From the sequence record SRR2962707_856: DNA of 58,761 nt. One strand, 5' to 3'. The notes beneath the pieces were generated by a model. The model was not told the origin of the DNA. It worked only from the letters and a program-made list of their open reading frames with translations, and made no database searches. Both the position numbers and the translations under genes were made by a program. Shown here in pieces: positions 27,167 through 36,095 of the stretch (the stretch's first letter is position 1; each line of letters opens with the position of its first letter).

Positions 27167-28430
27167 GCAATGGATCCTGTTTTTGCCCGCTATCCGCCGG
27201 CTCAGTATTGTCATTATCCGGCTTAGGCGCCTGTTGCGGCGCAACACTGGTCGCGACCGGCAACTTGTCGCCGCCTTCGGTTGGATTCAGGTCTTCGAGC
27301 GCCCTGATTTCGTTCGGCGTCATCCACGCGGGTGACCCGCCGCTGCCTAACGCCTTCGAGTAGCCGTCGTAGCGGTCCTTGAAAGCACCGCGCTGCAGAG
27401 AATTCATGTTGAAGTGGGCCGAAAACCCGTCGTCTTCCCTGCCGTCCAGCAAATCATTGTCGATCGACTGCTCTAGGCGCGTTATCCACGGCGTTAGAGT
27501 GTGGACCACATGCGCCTGGAACACTTGCTCGGCGCTGGCGAACGTCATCGACTGGCTCGGATGCCCGATCATCGCCGGGAACACTCCGAAAGCGTGGCAA
27601 ATCTGCTCAACCTGGAACTTGCGAGTCTCGAGATGCTGCGCGTCGACGCCCTTCATGGTCTGCGGGGTCCACGTGAACCCGCTATCGATCACGAAAGGCT
27701 TGTGCTTGTTCGACCCGCCGACCTGCGCCTCAATCCACTTCTGGATTTTCACGTAATCGTCAGGCGCAATCTTTTGCTCGGTCGAGTAGGTGCCGGACAT
27801 CTGCAAGCCGTTGGCGTGCAACTCTGCCTGCGTAGTCTCTGTGGCAATGGTGAGCCCGATTGCCTCTCGTGCCTGCCGAACAGGGTCCAACCCGCGCCAC
27901 GTGTCCCACGAAGGGCCGCGCACGTGCCAAACCAGCTCCTGCGGCAACTGCATCGTCGTGCCGTCTATGCCTGAAACGGTATAGACCAGCGAATAATCGC
28001 GCTTGCGTTCAATGCTGACCGAGCCTGGATCGATCGGGATAAGCTCAACGACCCGGTTGCGGACAATATTCTTGTAAAAATATGCGTTCCCGGTAAGCGC
28101 AAGATGCAAAATCATTGTCTCGCGCAAGGCGAAACTGGTCTGCCAGCGGTTTGGTTTGGCACCCAAAACCTTGTAAAGCGGGTGCTCCTTAGCGGGCTCC
28201 CATCCCTTACCGTCCGGCAACTCCTTCATTACGCGCAGCGGAACTTGCGCAACGCCGTTAGCGATGACGCGAATGCAGGCATAAACGACCGAAACGTCGA
28301 TCGCCGTCTGCCAATTCACGTCAACACCAGACTTTGGTTTACCCAACCCGAAAAACGAGTCCCAAGCGGGCGAGAATATAACGCCCTTTTGCTCGGACTT
28401 GCGTCCGGGAAGCCAATCGAACAGGCCCAT
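27159..28430 (-). CDS. HK97-type portal protein
   Basis: VYACIRVIA...PNRWQT...GNAY...FGVFPAMIG...MTPNEIR. Confidence 0.95.
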   Translation of the reverse strand: MGLFDWLPGRKSEQKGVIFSPAWDSFFGLGKPKSGVDVNWQTAIDVSVVYACIRVIANGVAQVPLRVMKELPDGKGWEPAKEHPLYKVLGAKPNRWQTSFALRETMILHLALTGNAYFYKNIVRNRVVELIPIDPGSVSIERKRDYSLVYTVSGIDGTTMQLPQELVWHVRGPSWDTWRGLDPVRQAREAIGLTIATETTQAELHANGLQMSGTYSTEQKIAPDDYVKIQKWIEAQVGGSNKHKPFVIDSGFTWTPQTMKGVDAQHLETRKFQVEQICHAFGVFPAMIGHPSQSMTFASAEQVFQAHVVHTLTPWITRLEQSIDNDLLDGREDDGFSAHFNMNSLQRGAFKDRYDGYSKALGSGGSPAWMTPNEIRALEDLNPTEGGDKLPVATSVAPQQAPKPDNDNTEPADSGQKQDPLHV

Positions 28431-28446
28431 GCAGCGTTCCTTGTTT

Positions 28447-30051
28447 TTAAGCCGCGGCGGGCCAGTTCTGTGTTTCGGGGTCAAGTATTTCCCAGAAGGA
28501 AGTGGTTTGATTTGAGCCTTCGTACGTGCCGGCCATTGCAGTGGCCATGGCTAGCGCCACGGCGCCGTCTATGCGGCCGCGCGACCGTTGCTTGTCGAGT
28601 TTTCTGTTGCCGGTAGGGTCCGGCTTGACAGTCGCATTCATCATGCACATGGTCAGAACCGGGTTTCCGCCGTGCGCAATTTGCTTGTTCAGCAAAAGAC
28701 TCTCTAGATCGCGCAAGGCGGGTGACATTGACGCGTAGCCCTGGCCGAATGGCTCAAAGACTGCGTTGTCGCCCTCCAACTGGTCGTCAGTGAACCCGAC
28801 TTTTTGCAGCCATGGCTTCAAATGACGCCAATTCCAGCGGTCAAACGCGATTTTTCTTATGTCCAACTGCCCAAAAAGCCCTTTCAGGTGGTGAGCAACG
28901 AACTCGTAGTCCACCGTCGGTCCCGGCGTGGTCGAGAGAAACGTTTCACCATTTTCGTTTGGAGTCGCCCAAACGTCATATGGGACGCGGTCGGCCTTGG
29001 ACTTTTCCCGCAAACTGTCGCCTGGAAGCCAAAATGTGGGCTTAACGCTCCAGACAGTAGTGCCCTGAACGTCGTCTGGAGCCATAAGCACCAGACTGGT
29101 CAAATCCGACACCTCGGAGAGATCGAGTCCGCCAAAAACCGGCTTGCCTTCAAAGCTTTCGGCAATAGGTGTGTCACACGCTCGCCAAACCGACGGCGCA
29201 ACAAACGGCGCAGAGGCGTCGATACGCTGATTCAGGAACAACCAGCGAAAGCTGGCCTCCTTGGTCGGCATCCGACTCGCCATGTGCGAGAAATCTTCTA
29301 CGTCTTTGATTGATCTGAAGATACCAAGCGCCGGGTTCGCGGCCGCCCAGGCATCCCTGTCGTCCAGCTCGCACTCTTCCGGCGCGCTATACACGTGACT
29401 TACAACGCGCGGATCCTTTGCGATCTCCGCATCATCAATCCACCTTGAAAAAAGGTCATTGTCAGTCGCCGCCTGGGTCGAAATGGCGAAAAGCATCGCC
29501 TTGCCTTCGTAAGCACCCTGCGACGTTTCAATTGCCTCGACAAAATCGTCGGTCGGCCCTTTGATCTGACCAACCTCGTCAAGAATGGCAAGAATTGGCG
29601 ACCCGCCGTGCGCGCCTTTGGCCTCCGCTGAGATGGCCTGGTATTCGACGTTCTTTGCCAAGCCAACAATCATCTTCGCGGACGGCACGATGCGCGCCAG
29701 CTTTGAAAGCTCTGGCGACATCATCACCATTTTTGCGGCGTAGTTGAAAACCTCGGCAGCTTGTTTGCGCGACCGGGCGCCAGAAACTATGCGCCCATTC
29801 TGATAAGCCTCCGGCCCCACGATGTGAGCCAACAGTAAGCATGCGATCGTGGCCGTCTTGCCGTTCTTTCTGGCAATGGAAAGGTAAGCTCGTGACGTGC
29901 CGGCCGGGTTGTCATAGACTGACCGTATGAACCGCTCTTGGAACGGCAACAGCTTTACCGGCTTACCTAGCAGCGTACCCTCTGGCACAATGCAATAGCG
30001 ATGAATGAACGCAATTACGCGCTCACCGCGCGACAATTTCTTTGGTGCCAT
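28447..30051 (-). CDS. terL: Terminase large subunit
   Basis: Walker A IARKNGKT, Walker B ILDE, GGLDLS, RIDGAVA. Confidence 0.95.
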   Translation of the reverse strand: MAPKKLSRGERVIAFIHRYCIVPEGTLLGKPVKLLPFQERFIRSVYDNPAGTSRAYLSIARKNGKTATIACLLLAHIVGPEAYQNGRIVSGARSRKQAAEVFNYAAKMVMMSPELSKLARIVPSAKMIVGLAKNVEYQAISAEAKGAHGGSPILAILDEVGQIKGPTDDFVEAIETSQGAYEGKAMLFAISTQAATDNDLFSRWIDDAEIAKDPRVVSHVYSAPEECELDDRDAWAAANPALGIFRSIKDVEDFSHMASRMPTKEASFRWLFLNQRIDASAPFVAPSVWRACDTPIAESFEGKPVFGGLDLSEVSDLTSLVLMAPDDVQGTTVWSVKPTFWLPGDSLREKSKADRVPYDVWATPNENGETFLSTTPGPTVDYEFVAHHLKGLFGQLDIRKIAFDRWNWRHLKPWLQKVGFTDDQLEGDNAVFEPFGQGYASMSPALRDLESLLLNKQIAHGGNPVLTMCMMNATVKPDPTGNRKLDKQRSRGRIDGAVALAMATAMAGTYEGSNQTTSFWEILDPETQNWPAAA

Positions 30052-30058
30052 GTTGCCA

Positions 30059-30523
30059 CTATTCTGGGCGCGCTAGCAGGTCGTCCTCTAGGGGGTTGTT
30101 TCCCTCGATTTCCTTGGCTGACCCGCGACGTTTAGCAACGTCCCTCGCCTCTCCCCCTTGCGCGCGCGCGTGAAGAGACAGTGACCTGCGAAACGACAGG
30201 ATCGAACTGGCGTGCATCTGGACTATCGATTTTCTTGGGTTGGCAACCGGCGTACCCTTTTCAGACTTTGCAACGCCGCCCTCCTCGCGCAATAGCTTTT
30301 GCTCGCGCGTCAGGTCGGCCATTGTCCTGGCCAGCATCGCGGCAATCTCGAGTTGATGCGCTGACCATTCTGACCGCGCATACTCGGCAATAACGCTTTC
30401 AAAGAATGGCAGATCGCCGTCATCTAAGGGAACGTTGGCAGGCGGGGTAATCTTGGACACGGCTTTTGCCATGACGCGCACGGCCTCGCCGGCGCTGTCG
30501 ATTCTCGCCTTCCGCTTGCTCAT
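30059..30523 (-). CDS. terS: Terminase small subunit
   Basis: Upstream of terL; L.EEG....KG..VANP pattern. Confidence 0.8.
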   Translation of the reverse strand: MSKRKARIDSAGEAVRVMAKAVSKITPPANVPLDDGDLPFFESVIAEYARSEWSAHQLEIAAMLARTMADLTREQKLLREEGGVAKSEKGTPVANPRKSIVQMHASSILSFRRSLSLHARAQGGEARDVAKRRGSAKEIEGNNPLEDDLLARPE

Positions 30524-30607
30524 AGAAAAACCTGTAATAGCGCTAACGTTTACTTGGGGCGCGGGTATGCGCTAGAAAGGCTGTGGACATCGGAGGCCGG
30601 GGTGGGG

Positions 30608-30910
30608 TCACTCGATGGGGTAACCGTCCACGCCATAAGTGACCACGACCTTGCCGTGGTCCTCCATCTGCCCGCGTGAGGCGTGGCAAGGCTTGCATGT
30701 GCTAACGAACGGCCCATTCCAGAACTTGTCGACGTCACCCTTATGACCACCGTCCGCGTGATGGACTTCGGTAGCGGGCTCAACGACGTCCATCTCAAGG
30801 CACCATGCACACAGTGGGTGCATGGACAGGTGCTGCTCACGCAGGCGCTTCCACCTGGCCGTGCTATACAGGCGTCGGTATGCCTTGGCTTGCTCTCTGC
30901 GTCTGGCCAC
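30608..30910 (-). CDS. Packaging-associated HNH endonuclease (HK97 gp74-like)
   Basis: PLCAWC...ATEVHH...H.GD...CKPCH; next to terS. Confidence 0.85.
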   Translation of the reverse strand: MARRREQAKAYRRLYSTARWKRLREQHLSMHPLCAWCLEMDVVEPATEVHHADGGHKGDVDKFWNGPFVSTCKPCHASRGQMEDHGKVVVTYGVDGYPIE

Positions 30911-31827
30911 TAGGCTGCCTCGCTACACCCATGAATCTCATTGTCATTGGCTGCTATAGTTGGGAAGTTGAGGTAACAATTACCCAAGCCCCAAGCATCA
31001 ATTGCCGCCCTGTCATACGCCCTCGCCGCTTCCTCGGCGGTGAAGTAGTACCCAAGGAATGGACGCTTATCACCAATGCGAATTGCGGACTTCCACTTGC
31101 CTAGCTGCTTGTTGAAGCTCACGCCTTTGTACTGACTGGCACCACATGGCCCACGCATCCGATTGGATTTCGATATGGCCTGACGATGTGCAGGGTCTTT
31201 GTGGAAGCTGGCTTGTCCAATCTTTTGCTTGTGCGCCTCACTCTTGGGCTTTCCCCTTAGCGCAGCACTAACCTTCGCTGCGACCTCGGGTCGCTGCATG
31301 CCATTATTGGCGCGCATCTTTTCCTTGGTCTCTGGCGTATGACGTCGACCTGTTTGCGACGCCCCCATCTTGGCGCGAGTTTCCGGGGTGGGATTTCTTA
31401 CCCTTTCCAATAGCAGGGCATAGTGCTCAGGTGACAACGTCTTACCTGCGTGCACCAATCCAATTTTACGCTTCGTCTCGTCTGAATGCGGGCGCCCAGA
31501 AGTTCCCTCGCCACCATCCGTAAAGTTAGCAAGAATGCCCGTCTTGTTGTTCAATCGCCCATACTTGGCGATCAACTCTTTCTCAAGGTCGAAGGCCTCA
31601 CGCTCGGTAAGATTCTCCTTGACGCGAACCACTATTGGCTCGCAACCGATAGCCTCTAGTTTGTCGATGATGCGCCGCAATATAACGTTGTTCCTGGCAC
31701 GGAGTCTGTCTCGACGACCGCACCCCTTCCCTACGTAGAAAGGCTCGCCATTCGGCCTGCGCCACTCATAAACGAAAAACCTTTGGCCATTATCATTGGC
31801 CGGAGACTGAATATCCAAAGGCCTCAA
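30910..31827 (-). CDS. GIY-YIG-like homing endonuclease with NUMOD3 repeats and AP2 domain
   Basis: FVY...PFYVGKG; HSDETKRKIG repeats; YKGVS...AEEAARAYD. Confidence 0.8.
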   Translation of the reverse strand: MRPLDIQSPANDNGQRFFVYEWRRPNGEPFYVGKGCGRRDRLRARNNVILRRIIDKLEAIGCEPIVVRVKENLTEREAFDLEKELIAKYGRLNNKTGILANFTDGGEGTSGRPHSDETKRKIGLVHAGKTLSPEHYALLLERVRNPTPETRAKMGASQTGRRHTPETKEKMRANNGMQRPEVAAKVSAALRGKPKSEAHKQKIGQASFHKDPAHRQAISKSNRMRGPCGASQYKGVSFNKQLGKWKSAIRIGDKRPFLGYYFTAEEAARAYDRAAIDAWGLGNCYLNFPTIAANDNEIHGCSEAA

Positions 31828-31848
31828 CTCCTTTTGCCAACCTCATGT

Positions 31849-31878
31849 AAAAAAGGCGGGGGCCGAAGCCACCCGCCT
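31849..31878 (-). terminator. Intrinsic terminator
   Basis: GGCGGGTGGC-TTCG-GCCCCCGCC followed by TTTTTT. Confidence 0.7.
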
Positions 31879-31926
31879 AGCGGACACTGCAAGAGGTTGA
31901 GGAATTGCAGTGCCGTATGTCTTTGC

Positions 31927-32121
31927 CTACGCTGCCCGAACGAACGGCACCACCTTGGACACTTCGCCCAGCGCCACATGCTTGGTCGATATGTAGACCT
32001 CGAACGCCTGCTCTCCATTGCCCAGTTGTTTCAGCCCTGTGACGATGGCTCCAGCAACTGGGATGTCGTGCGTGTAGAGATGTAGCGCGCCGTTGGCGTC
32101 CCGCTTGATTTCGGTTGTCAT
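31927..32121 (-). CDS. Hypothetical protein
   Basis: GAGGAG SD; ends VRAA. Confidence 0.65.
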   Translation of the reverse strand: MTTEIKRDANGALHLYTHDIPVAGAIVTGLKQLGNGEQAFEVYISTKHVALGEVSKVVPFVRAA

Positions 32122-32146
32122 TGTGTCTCTCCTCAGTTGGTAGTGC

Positions 32147-32278
32147 CTAATCCAGATCAGCAACCATGAACCAACGGTCATTGATGCGCGCCATGGGTAG
32201 CCCGGCAGGGTCCACTGCTGTAGAGTCGATCTTGCCGGTAATGCCCGACTGTGTGTGCGTAAGCGTCATGCCAATCAT
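32147..32278 (-). CDS. Small hypothetical protein
   Basis: CACCAC leader plus GAGGAG SD. Confidence 0.6.
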   Translation of the reverse strand: MIGMTLTHTQSGITGKIDSTAVDPAGLPMARINDRWFMVADLD

Positions 32279-32471
32279 TGAAGTCTCCTCTGGTGTGGTG
32301 GATGTGGTGTGGTGATACGATGACCCCACGCCCACTGGCCAAGTGGATCGCCGAGTAGGCTCCCGGCTTCTGTGTGCGCGTGCTAAGCAGAGGCGTTAGG
32401 GGTCTTGTTGGTGAGAAGGCGAGCGGCTGGTAAGGCCGTATGCACGTTGATGCGCCGTGCCTCGCCAAACA

Positions 32472-32561
32472 TGGAACGTGAAGTGCGGACTCGAACCGCA
32501 TCCATGGCCGCTATTGCAATTCGCAAACCTGAAAGCGCCAACCCATGCGCCATCTTCACGT
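32472..32561 (-). ncRNA. tRNA-like element with non-canonical anticodon arm
   Basis: 8-bp acceptor ACGTGAAG/CTTCACGT + T-CCA; T-arm TGCGG-TTCGAGT-CCGCA; D-like arm GGCGC/GCGCT. Confidence 0.7.
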
Positions 32562-32743
32562 ATAAAAACGAATAGCGACGGGGAGGCACCGGCCTTATCG
32601 TTGCCGACCTCAACCCGTCGCTGACCACCGGTTCGCTGGAGGAGACAGCGCACACGGGGGATAGTTACCCGGCCACACTGTGACCGGGGCGGCTCTATGT
32701 CCGCAAACTGTGGTTTCTAATATACTATCCACTTGAGGGGTGA

Positions 32744-33475
32744 TTACCCTAGCCCTGCGCGGTCCGCTTCAGTTAGGAACACGCGCACCATCTGCAGTCC
32801 ATCCATCACGTATGCTCGACCGATTGGGCCGCTTGACACTGTATTCCCTCCCTTCGCTTCACCTATGGCGCTAAGCGTTTCCCCGTGCAGAACCGCGTTC
32901 TCGAATGGCTCCAACAATGGCCCTAGAGCCTTCTGCATGTCGTAGAGCATCCGGCGACTATCAATCGCTGCGTTTATCATCGCATCGCCGTTCCATGCGT
33001 TCCGGGTTGGTGATGGGTTCTTGGGCTTGAAGGTGACGGGCTTCTTGCTTTCGTCCGCGCCAGTCTCCCACTCAATCTTGTCTCGCTTTGCCAGTGACCG
33101 TCGAACTCCGCGGGTTTCTATCGTCCCGTCATCCTTGGCGTATGACCGTTCATCCAGATTGTACAAATCATCTCCGGCCAGGCTTGTGCCCATCAACTGG
33201 ACGTCTGCCGTGGCAGCGTCGTAAATCGCCCTGTAGCGCTCCGCTACCCGCAACAGAACGTCGTTGCCTTCCTTGCGCAATTGCTGGGCCAGTGGCCACG
33301 CCTGATTGTCGTTAGCGGGCGGTGTGAGCCATTCGGGGCGTCGGGATTCAAGCCGGGCAAGGCGGCGCTTCTGGGCTCTCACGGCTTTTTCCTCATGGGG
33401 GCGATAGGTGATGCGGGAGGGAAGGTTTGATCCGTCGCCGGATAAGGCTAGGTGGTTGTGTGCTGTGGCGGTCAT
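32744..33475 (-). CDS. Hypothetical protein, possible late transcription regulator
   Basis: Last early gene before late leader; C-terminal ETLSAIGE HTH-like segment. Confidence 0.55.
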   Translation of the reverse strand: MTATAHNHLALSGDGSNLPSRITYRPHEEKAVRAQKRRLARLESRRPEWLTPPANDNQAWPLAQQLRKEGNDVLLRVAERYRAIYDAATADVQLMGTSLAGDDLYNLDERSYAKDDGTIETRGVRRSLAKRDKIEWETGADESKKPVTFKPKNPSPTRNAWNGDAMINAAIDSRRMLYDMQKALGPLLEPFENAVLHGETLSAIGEAKGGNTVSSGPIGRAYVMDGLQMVRVFLTEADRAGLG

Positions 33476-34065
33476 TATGCTGCCCTCCTAGAGCGCTCTT
33501 CTGGGGTTTCTATGTATCCGCTCTCCTCTAGCCGCTTTCTCATGCGCTCCTCTTTTTCGGCCAAGTGTTTTCGACCGATCGGCTCATCCAGCTTCCATTG
33601 TTCTTCGATTTTCGGCGTCTTCACGTGGCAGCGGATGATTTCCTTTTTGCATATCTCCGTGATTAGGTTGTGGGCCTCTACAGCTCCACAGCGGAACCAC
33701 TCGCCAACGCCTCGCGTAAAATTGCGTCCTGCGTCTTCATGCGCCCAAGCCTCAACTTTCGTCGTGTGGTTTGTTTTCTCGAACTCAAAGACACGATGCA
33801 CGTAGAGCTTTGAGTGATTTCCGGTCTGCAGTGACCGCATTCTGGATAGAACGTTGCTGGCCTTGCCTATCTTGATGTATTCGGGGTCAGCCTCGCCGAT
33901 CACATAAACGAATCTAGCGCCGGGCGTTTTTGATCGGAATCGGTCGTTAGCGGCCAGAACAATCTCATCATGAAATCGCTCTAACATCGCCATTGTTGGC
34001 TTGGTGTTTCCGCCGCCAGACATTCTGACCAAGCTGTTATCATTCGCTGCCGTGGGTGGGGTCAT
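33475..34065 (-). CDS. GIY-YIG (T5orf172/MUG113-like) protein
   Basis: FVYVI...IKIG..SN..R...LQTGN...GEWF. Confidence 0.8.
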   Translation of the reverse strand: MTPPTAANDNSLVRMSGGGNTKPTMAMLERFHDEIVLAANDRFRSKTPGARFVYVIGEADPEYIKIGKASNVLSRMRSLQTGNHSKLYVHRVFEFEKTNHTTKVEAWAHEDAGRNFTRGVGEWFRCGAVEAHNLITEICKKEIIRCHVKTPKIEEQWKLDEPIGRKHLAEKEERMRKRLEESGYIETPEERSRRAA

Positions 34066-34271
34066 TGGGCATTCTCCAAGGCAGGACTGGAAGTCGAGTG
34101 GGTGGCACGCTCAAGTTTTTCGATGCGGGCGCGCAGATCCTTGTTCTCGGCTTGCTGCTTGTGCGCTGCGATGCAGGATGGGCATCTATGGGTCGGGTAG
34201 GGAGCGCAGTAGCCGGTTTCTTGCAACGCGCCTCCACAGCGCGGGCACTTTGGGTCAAACCACCCCATCAC
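34062..34271 (-). CDS. Small Zn-ribbon protein
   Basis: CPRC...CPSC plus coiled coil. Confidence 0.6.
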   Translation of the reverse strand: MMGWFDPKCPRCGGALQETGYCAPYPTHRCPSCIAAHKQQAENKDLRARIEKLERATHSTSSPALENAQ

Positions 34272-34600
34272 GTTGCCTCCACATTACGGGGCTCCGCTTT
34301 GGCGATGGCGTCACATACCCGATCGAACAGTTCGGCTGGAATCACTACGTCCTCGCTAACGCCGATGCCGTGATCATCATCGAACAGGCACTGCTCCCGA
34401 ACCTCCTTGAGCGCTGCCAGCATGTCAGGCGCTGCGGCAATCAGGTGGGCGTTTGCCTTTTGGTCGAAGGCCGCCATAGTGCTGCCGTCCATTCGGCACA
34501 CGTCTCTGGTGATGTAGCCATCGCTGGGCTTTGATATGATGTAGGTATAGCCACGGTCGTTTAGTGACCATGGTCCCGGCGTGTGCTTTCTCTCGCTCAT
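34268..34600 (-). CDS. Phage hypothetical protein (HTPGPW...ANAHLIAAAP type)
   Basis: KHTPGPW and ANAHLIAAAPDMLAAL motifs. Confidence 0.75.
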   Translation of the reverse strand: MSERKHTPGPWSLNDRGYTYIISKPSDGYITRDVCRMDGSTMAAFDQKANAHLIAAAPDMLAALKEVREQCLFDDDHGIGVSEDVVIPAELFDRVCDAIAKAEPRNVEAT

Positions 34601-34643
34601 ATCCCCTCCAGTGGTTCCGGGCCGTGGTGAAGCCCTTACCCCC

Positions 34644-34688
34644 AATATAGCGTTTTATGCGCATATGTCAAGTGATAAATGGCATATG
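34644..34688 (-). promoter_or_regulatory. Promoter with repeated operator
   Basis: CTTGACATATGCGCATAAAACG-CTATAT. Confidence 0.8.
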
Positions 34689-34692
34689 GGGC

Positions 34693-34717
34693 AAAAAGAA
34701 ACCCCGCCGGAGCGGGG
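34693..34717 (-). terminator. Intrinsic terminator
   Basis: CCCCGC-TCCG-GCGGGG followed by TTTCTTTTT. Confidence 0.7.
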
Positions 34718-34720
34718 TAG

Positions 34721-34942
34721 TCATGCGCAAAGCGAACTAGCGTACGCCTCGCAAGCCTTGTCGAACAATTTGTGGTCGGTCACCTTCAGCCATCGTTGGC
34801 TGTAGTGCTTGCTGCTTTCGACCTCCACGCCCAGTCCGTTCGCAAAGGCATATTTCTTGGCGCCAGATATGAATTCAAAGAACAACCACAGCTTCGTTCT
34901 ATCCGCGCCAGTGGATAGCCACGCCGCAAATCGGGGGTTCAT
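34721..34942 (-). CDS. Hypothetical protein
   Basis: ATGA-coupled ORF. Confidence 0.6.
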   Translation of the reverse strand: MNPRFAAWLSTGADRTKLWLFFEFISGAKKYAFANGLGVEVESSKHYSQRWLKVTDHKLFDKACEAYASSLCA

Positions 34943-35094
34943 GCCCCCGCCTTCGTCCGCAGTTCGTCATAAAGATCGGAAATCATCTGGTCGACAACCT
35001 CGGCCCCGCAAACCATGCGCAGGGCGTCAATCGGTGCGGCGCCTTCGGAAATCTTTGCTGCAACCTTTGCGCTGATTATCTGGGTCTTGGTCAT
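34939..35094 (-). CDS. Hypothetical protein
   Basis: CACCAC leader plus GAGGAG SD. Confidence 0.65.
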   Translation of the reverse strand: MTKTQIISAKVAAKISEGAAPIDALRMVCGAEVVDQMISDLYDELRTKAGA

Positions 35095-35144
35095 CTCTAT
35101 CTCCTCAGTGGCTCGGGCTGTGGTGTCGCCCTTTCGATAAATGT

Positions 35145-35200
35145 ACACTACCAATGACAAAGGCATATGTCAAGGCATATGCGCATAAAAAAGTGATATG
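35145..35200 (-). promoter_or_regulatory. Promoter with operator sites
   Basis: TTGACA-N17-TAGTGT with CATATGCGCATAAA immediately upstream. Confidence 0.7.
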
Positions 35201-35238
35201 GTCGAAAAATGCTCAGGCGGATCGAAAAGAACCGTTTT

Positions 35239-35820
35239 TCACGCGGCGGAATCGGTTTTCATGGATTGGGCTTCGGATAGCCACTTCCTCACGATAGCCT
35301 CAGCCGCATCGGCCGCTTCCGCCTCTGTCTTGACCCTGATGATTTCCTGCCGCCCGAACCCCAGCCCATCCAGCAACGCGTGCCGCTCTACTTGTGCGTC
35401 GCTGGTCGTGTTCTCCCACTCCTTGACCTCGATAAGCCCCAACTGCGCGCCAGGCATGTAAACCCGCATGTCGTGCTCCCCGGTCATCATGCCGGTAGCC
35501 TTCGCCTTCACCTTGGCCTGCGCGCCGAACAATGGCAGCCCGTTCATGTCGCCGGCAAAGGCGAAGTTCATTCCGGCCTTGATCATCTGATTGAACCGTC
35601 GGACGATCGCCGCTTGAAGGCGCCACTCGAGAACTGGCGCGTCACCCACCTTGCGAGTGACCTTCCCGTCCTTCGACACACTGGTCGTGATGCGAACGCG
35701 CTTGCCGTTAATTTTTGTCGTCCGGACTTTCCGCTTGCCGGGCTCGGGCAGATCGTCGACGTGATTATCATTCGCAGCGCGAACGACCCGCGTTCCGTTT
35801 TTGGTGGTCCTGATTGCCAT
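35239..35820 (-). CDS. VRR-NUC-like PD-(D/E)XK nuclease
   Basis: EWRLQ...KATGM..GEHD...IEVK...Q. Confidence 0.7.
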   Translation of the reverse strand: MAIRTTKNGTRVVRAANDNHVDDLPEPGKRKVRTTKINGKRVRITTSVSKDGKVTRKVGDAPVLEWRLQAAIVRRFNQMIKAGMNFAFAGDMNGLPLFGAQAKVKAKATGMMTGEHDMRVYMPGAQLGLIEVKEWENTTSDAQVERHALLDGLGFGRQEIIRVKTEAEAADAAEAIVRKWLSEAQSMKTDSAA

Positions 35821-35899
35821 GGTATCTCCTGGTGGTTTGGGTGGTGATTTAAGGCCGGCTGAGAAAGTGCGAGTGCGCAATGTTGGAGATTTTTAAAAC

Positions 35900-36090
35900 C
35901 TCTCACTTTCGCGCGCTAAAGTATGCGCAAACCACTATAGGGTGTTTGCGCACTTTCGCACGTATAGTCGGCGAAGTTACTTTCGCAGACTTTCGCGCCA
36001 CTTTCGCACTTACTTTCGCAAACCTTTTGGTTATATACGGGGCAAAGTGCGCAATGCGAAAGTGATTACTTTCGCACGCTTTCGCACTTG
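35900..36090. repeat. Iteron-like array, about 9 copies of (A)CTTTCGC(A); putative replication origin
   Basis: Direct copies near 35906, 35953, 35980, 35990, 36001, 36013, 36069, 36079, inverted copy near 36056; just downstream of primase-helicase. Confidence 0.75.
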
Positions 36091-36095
36091 CGCAT

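Noticed and set aside
32472-32561. Phage tmRNA gene or functional tRNA
   Set aside because: No G3-U70 alanine identity pair, no tag reading frame and no canonical 7-nt anticodon loop
35900-36090. CRISPR array
   Set aside because: Repeats are 8-9 bp with irregular short spacing; the Cas4-like gene at 46480 sits in a recombination module with no other cas genes
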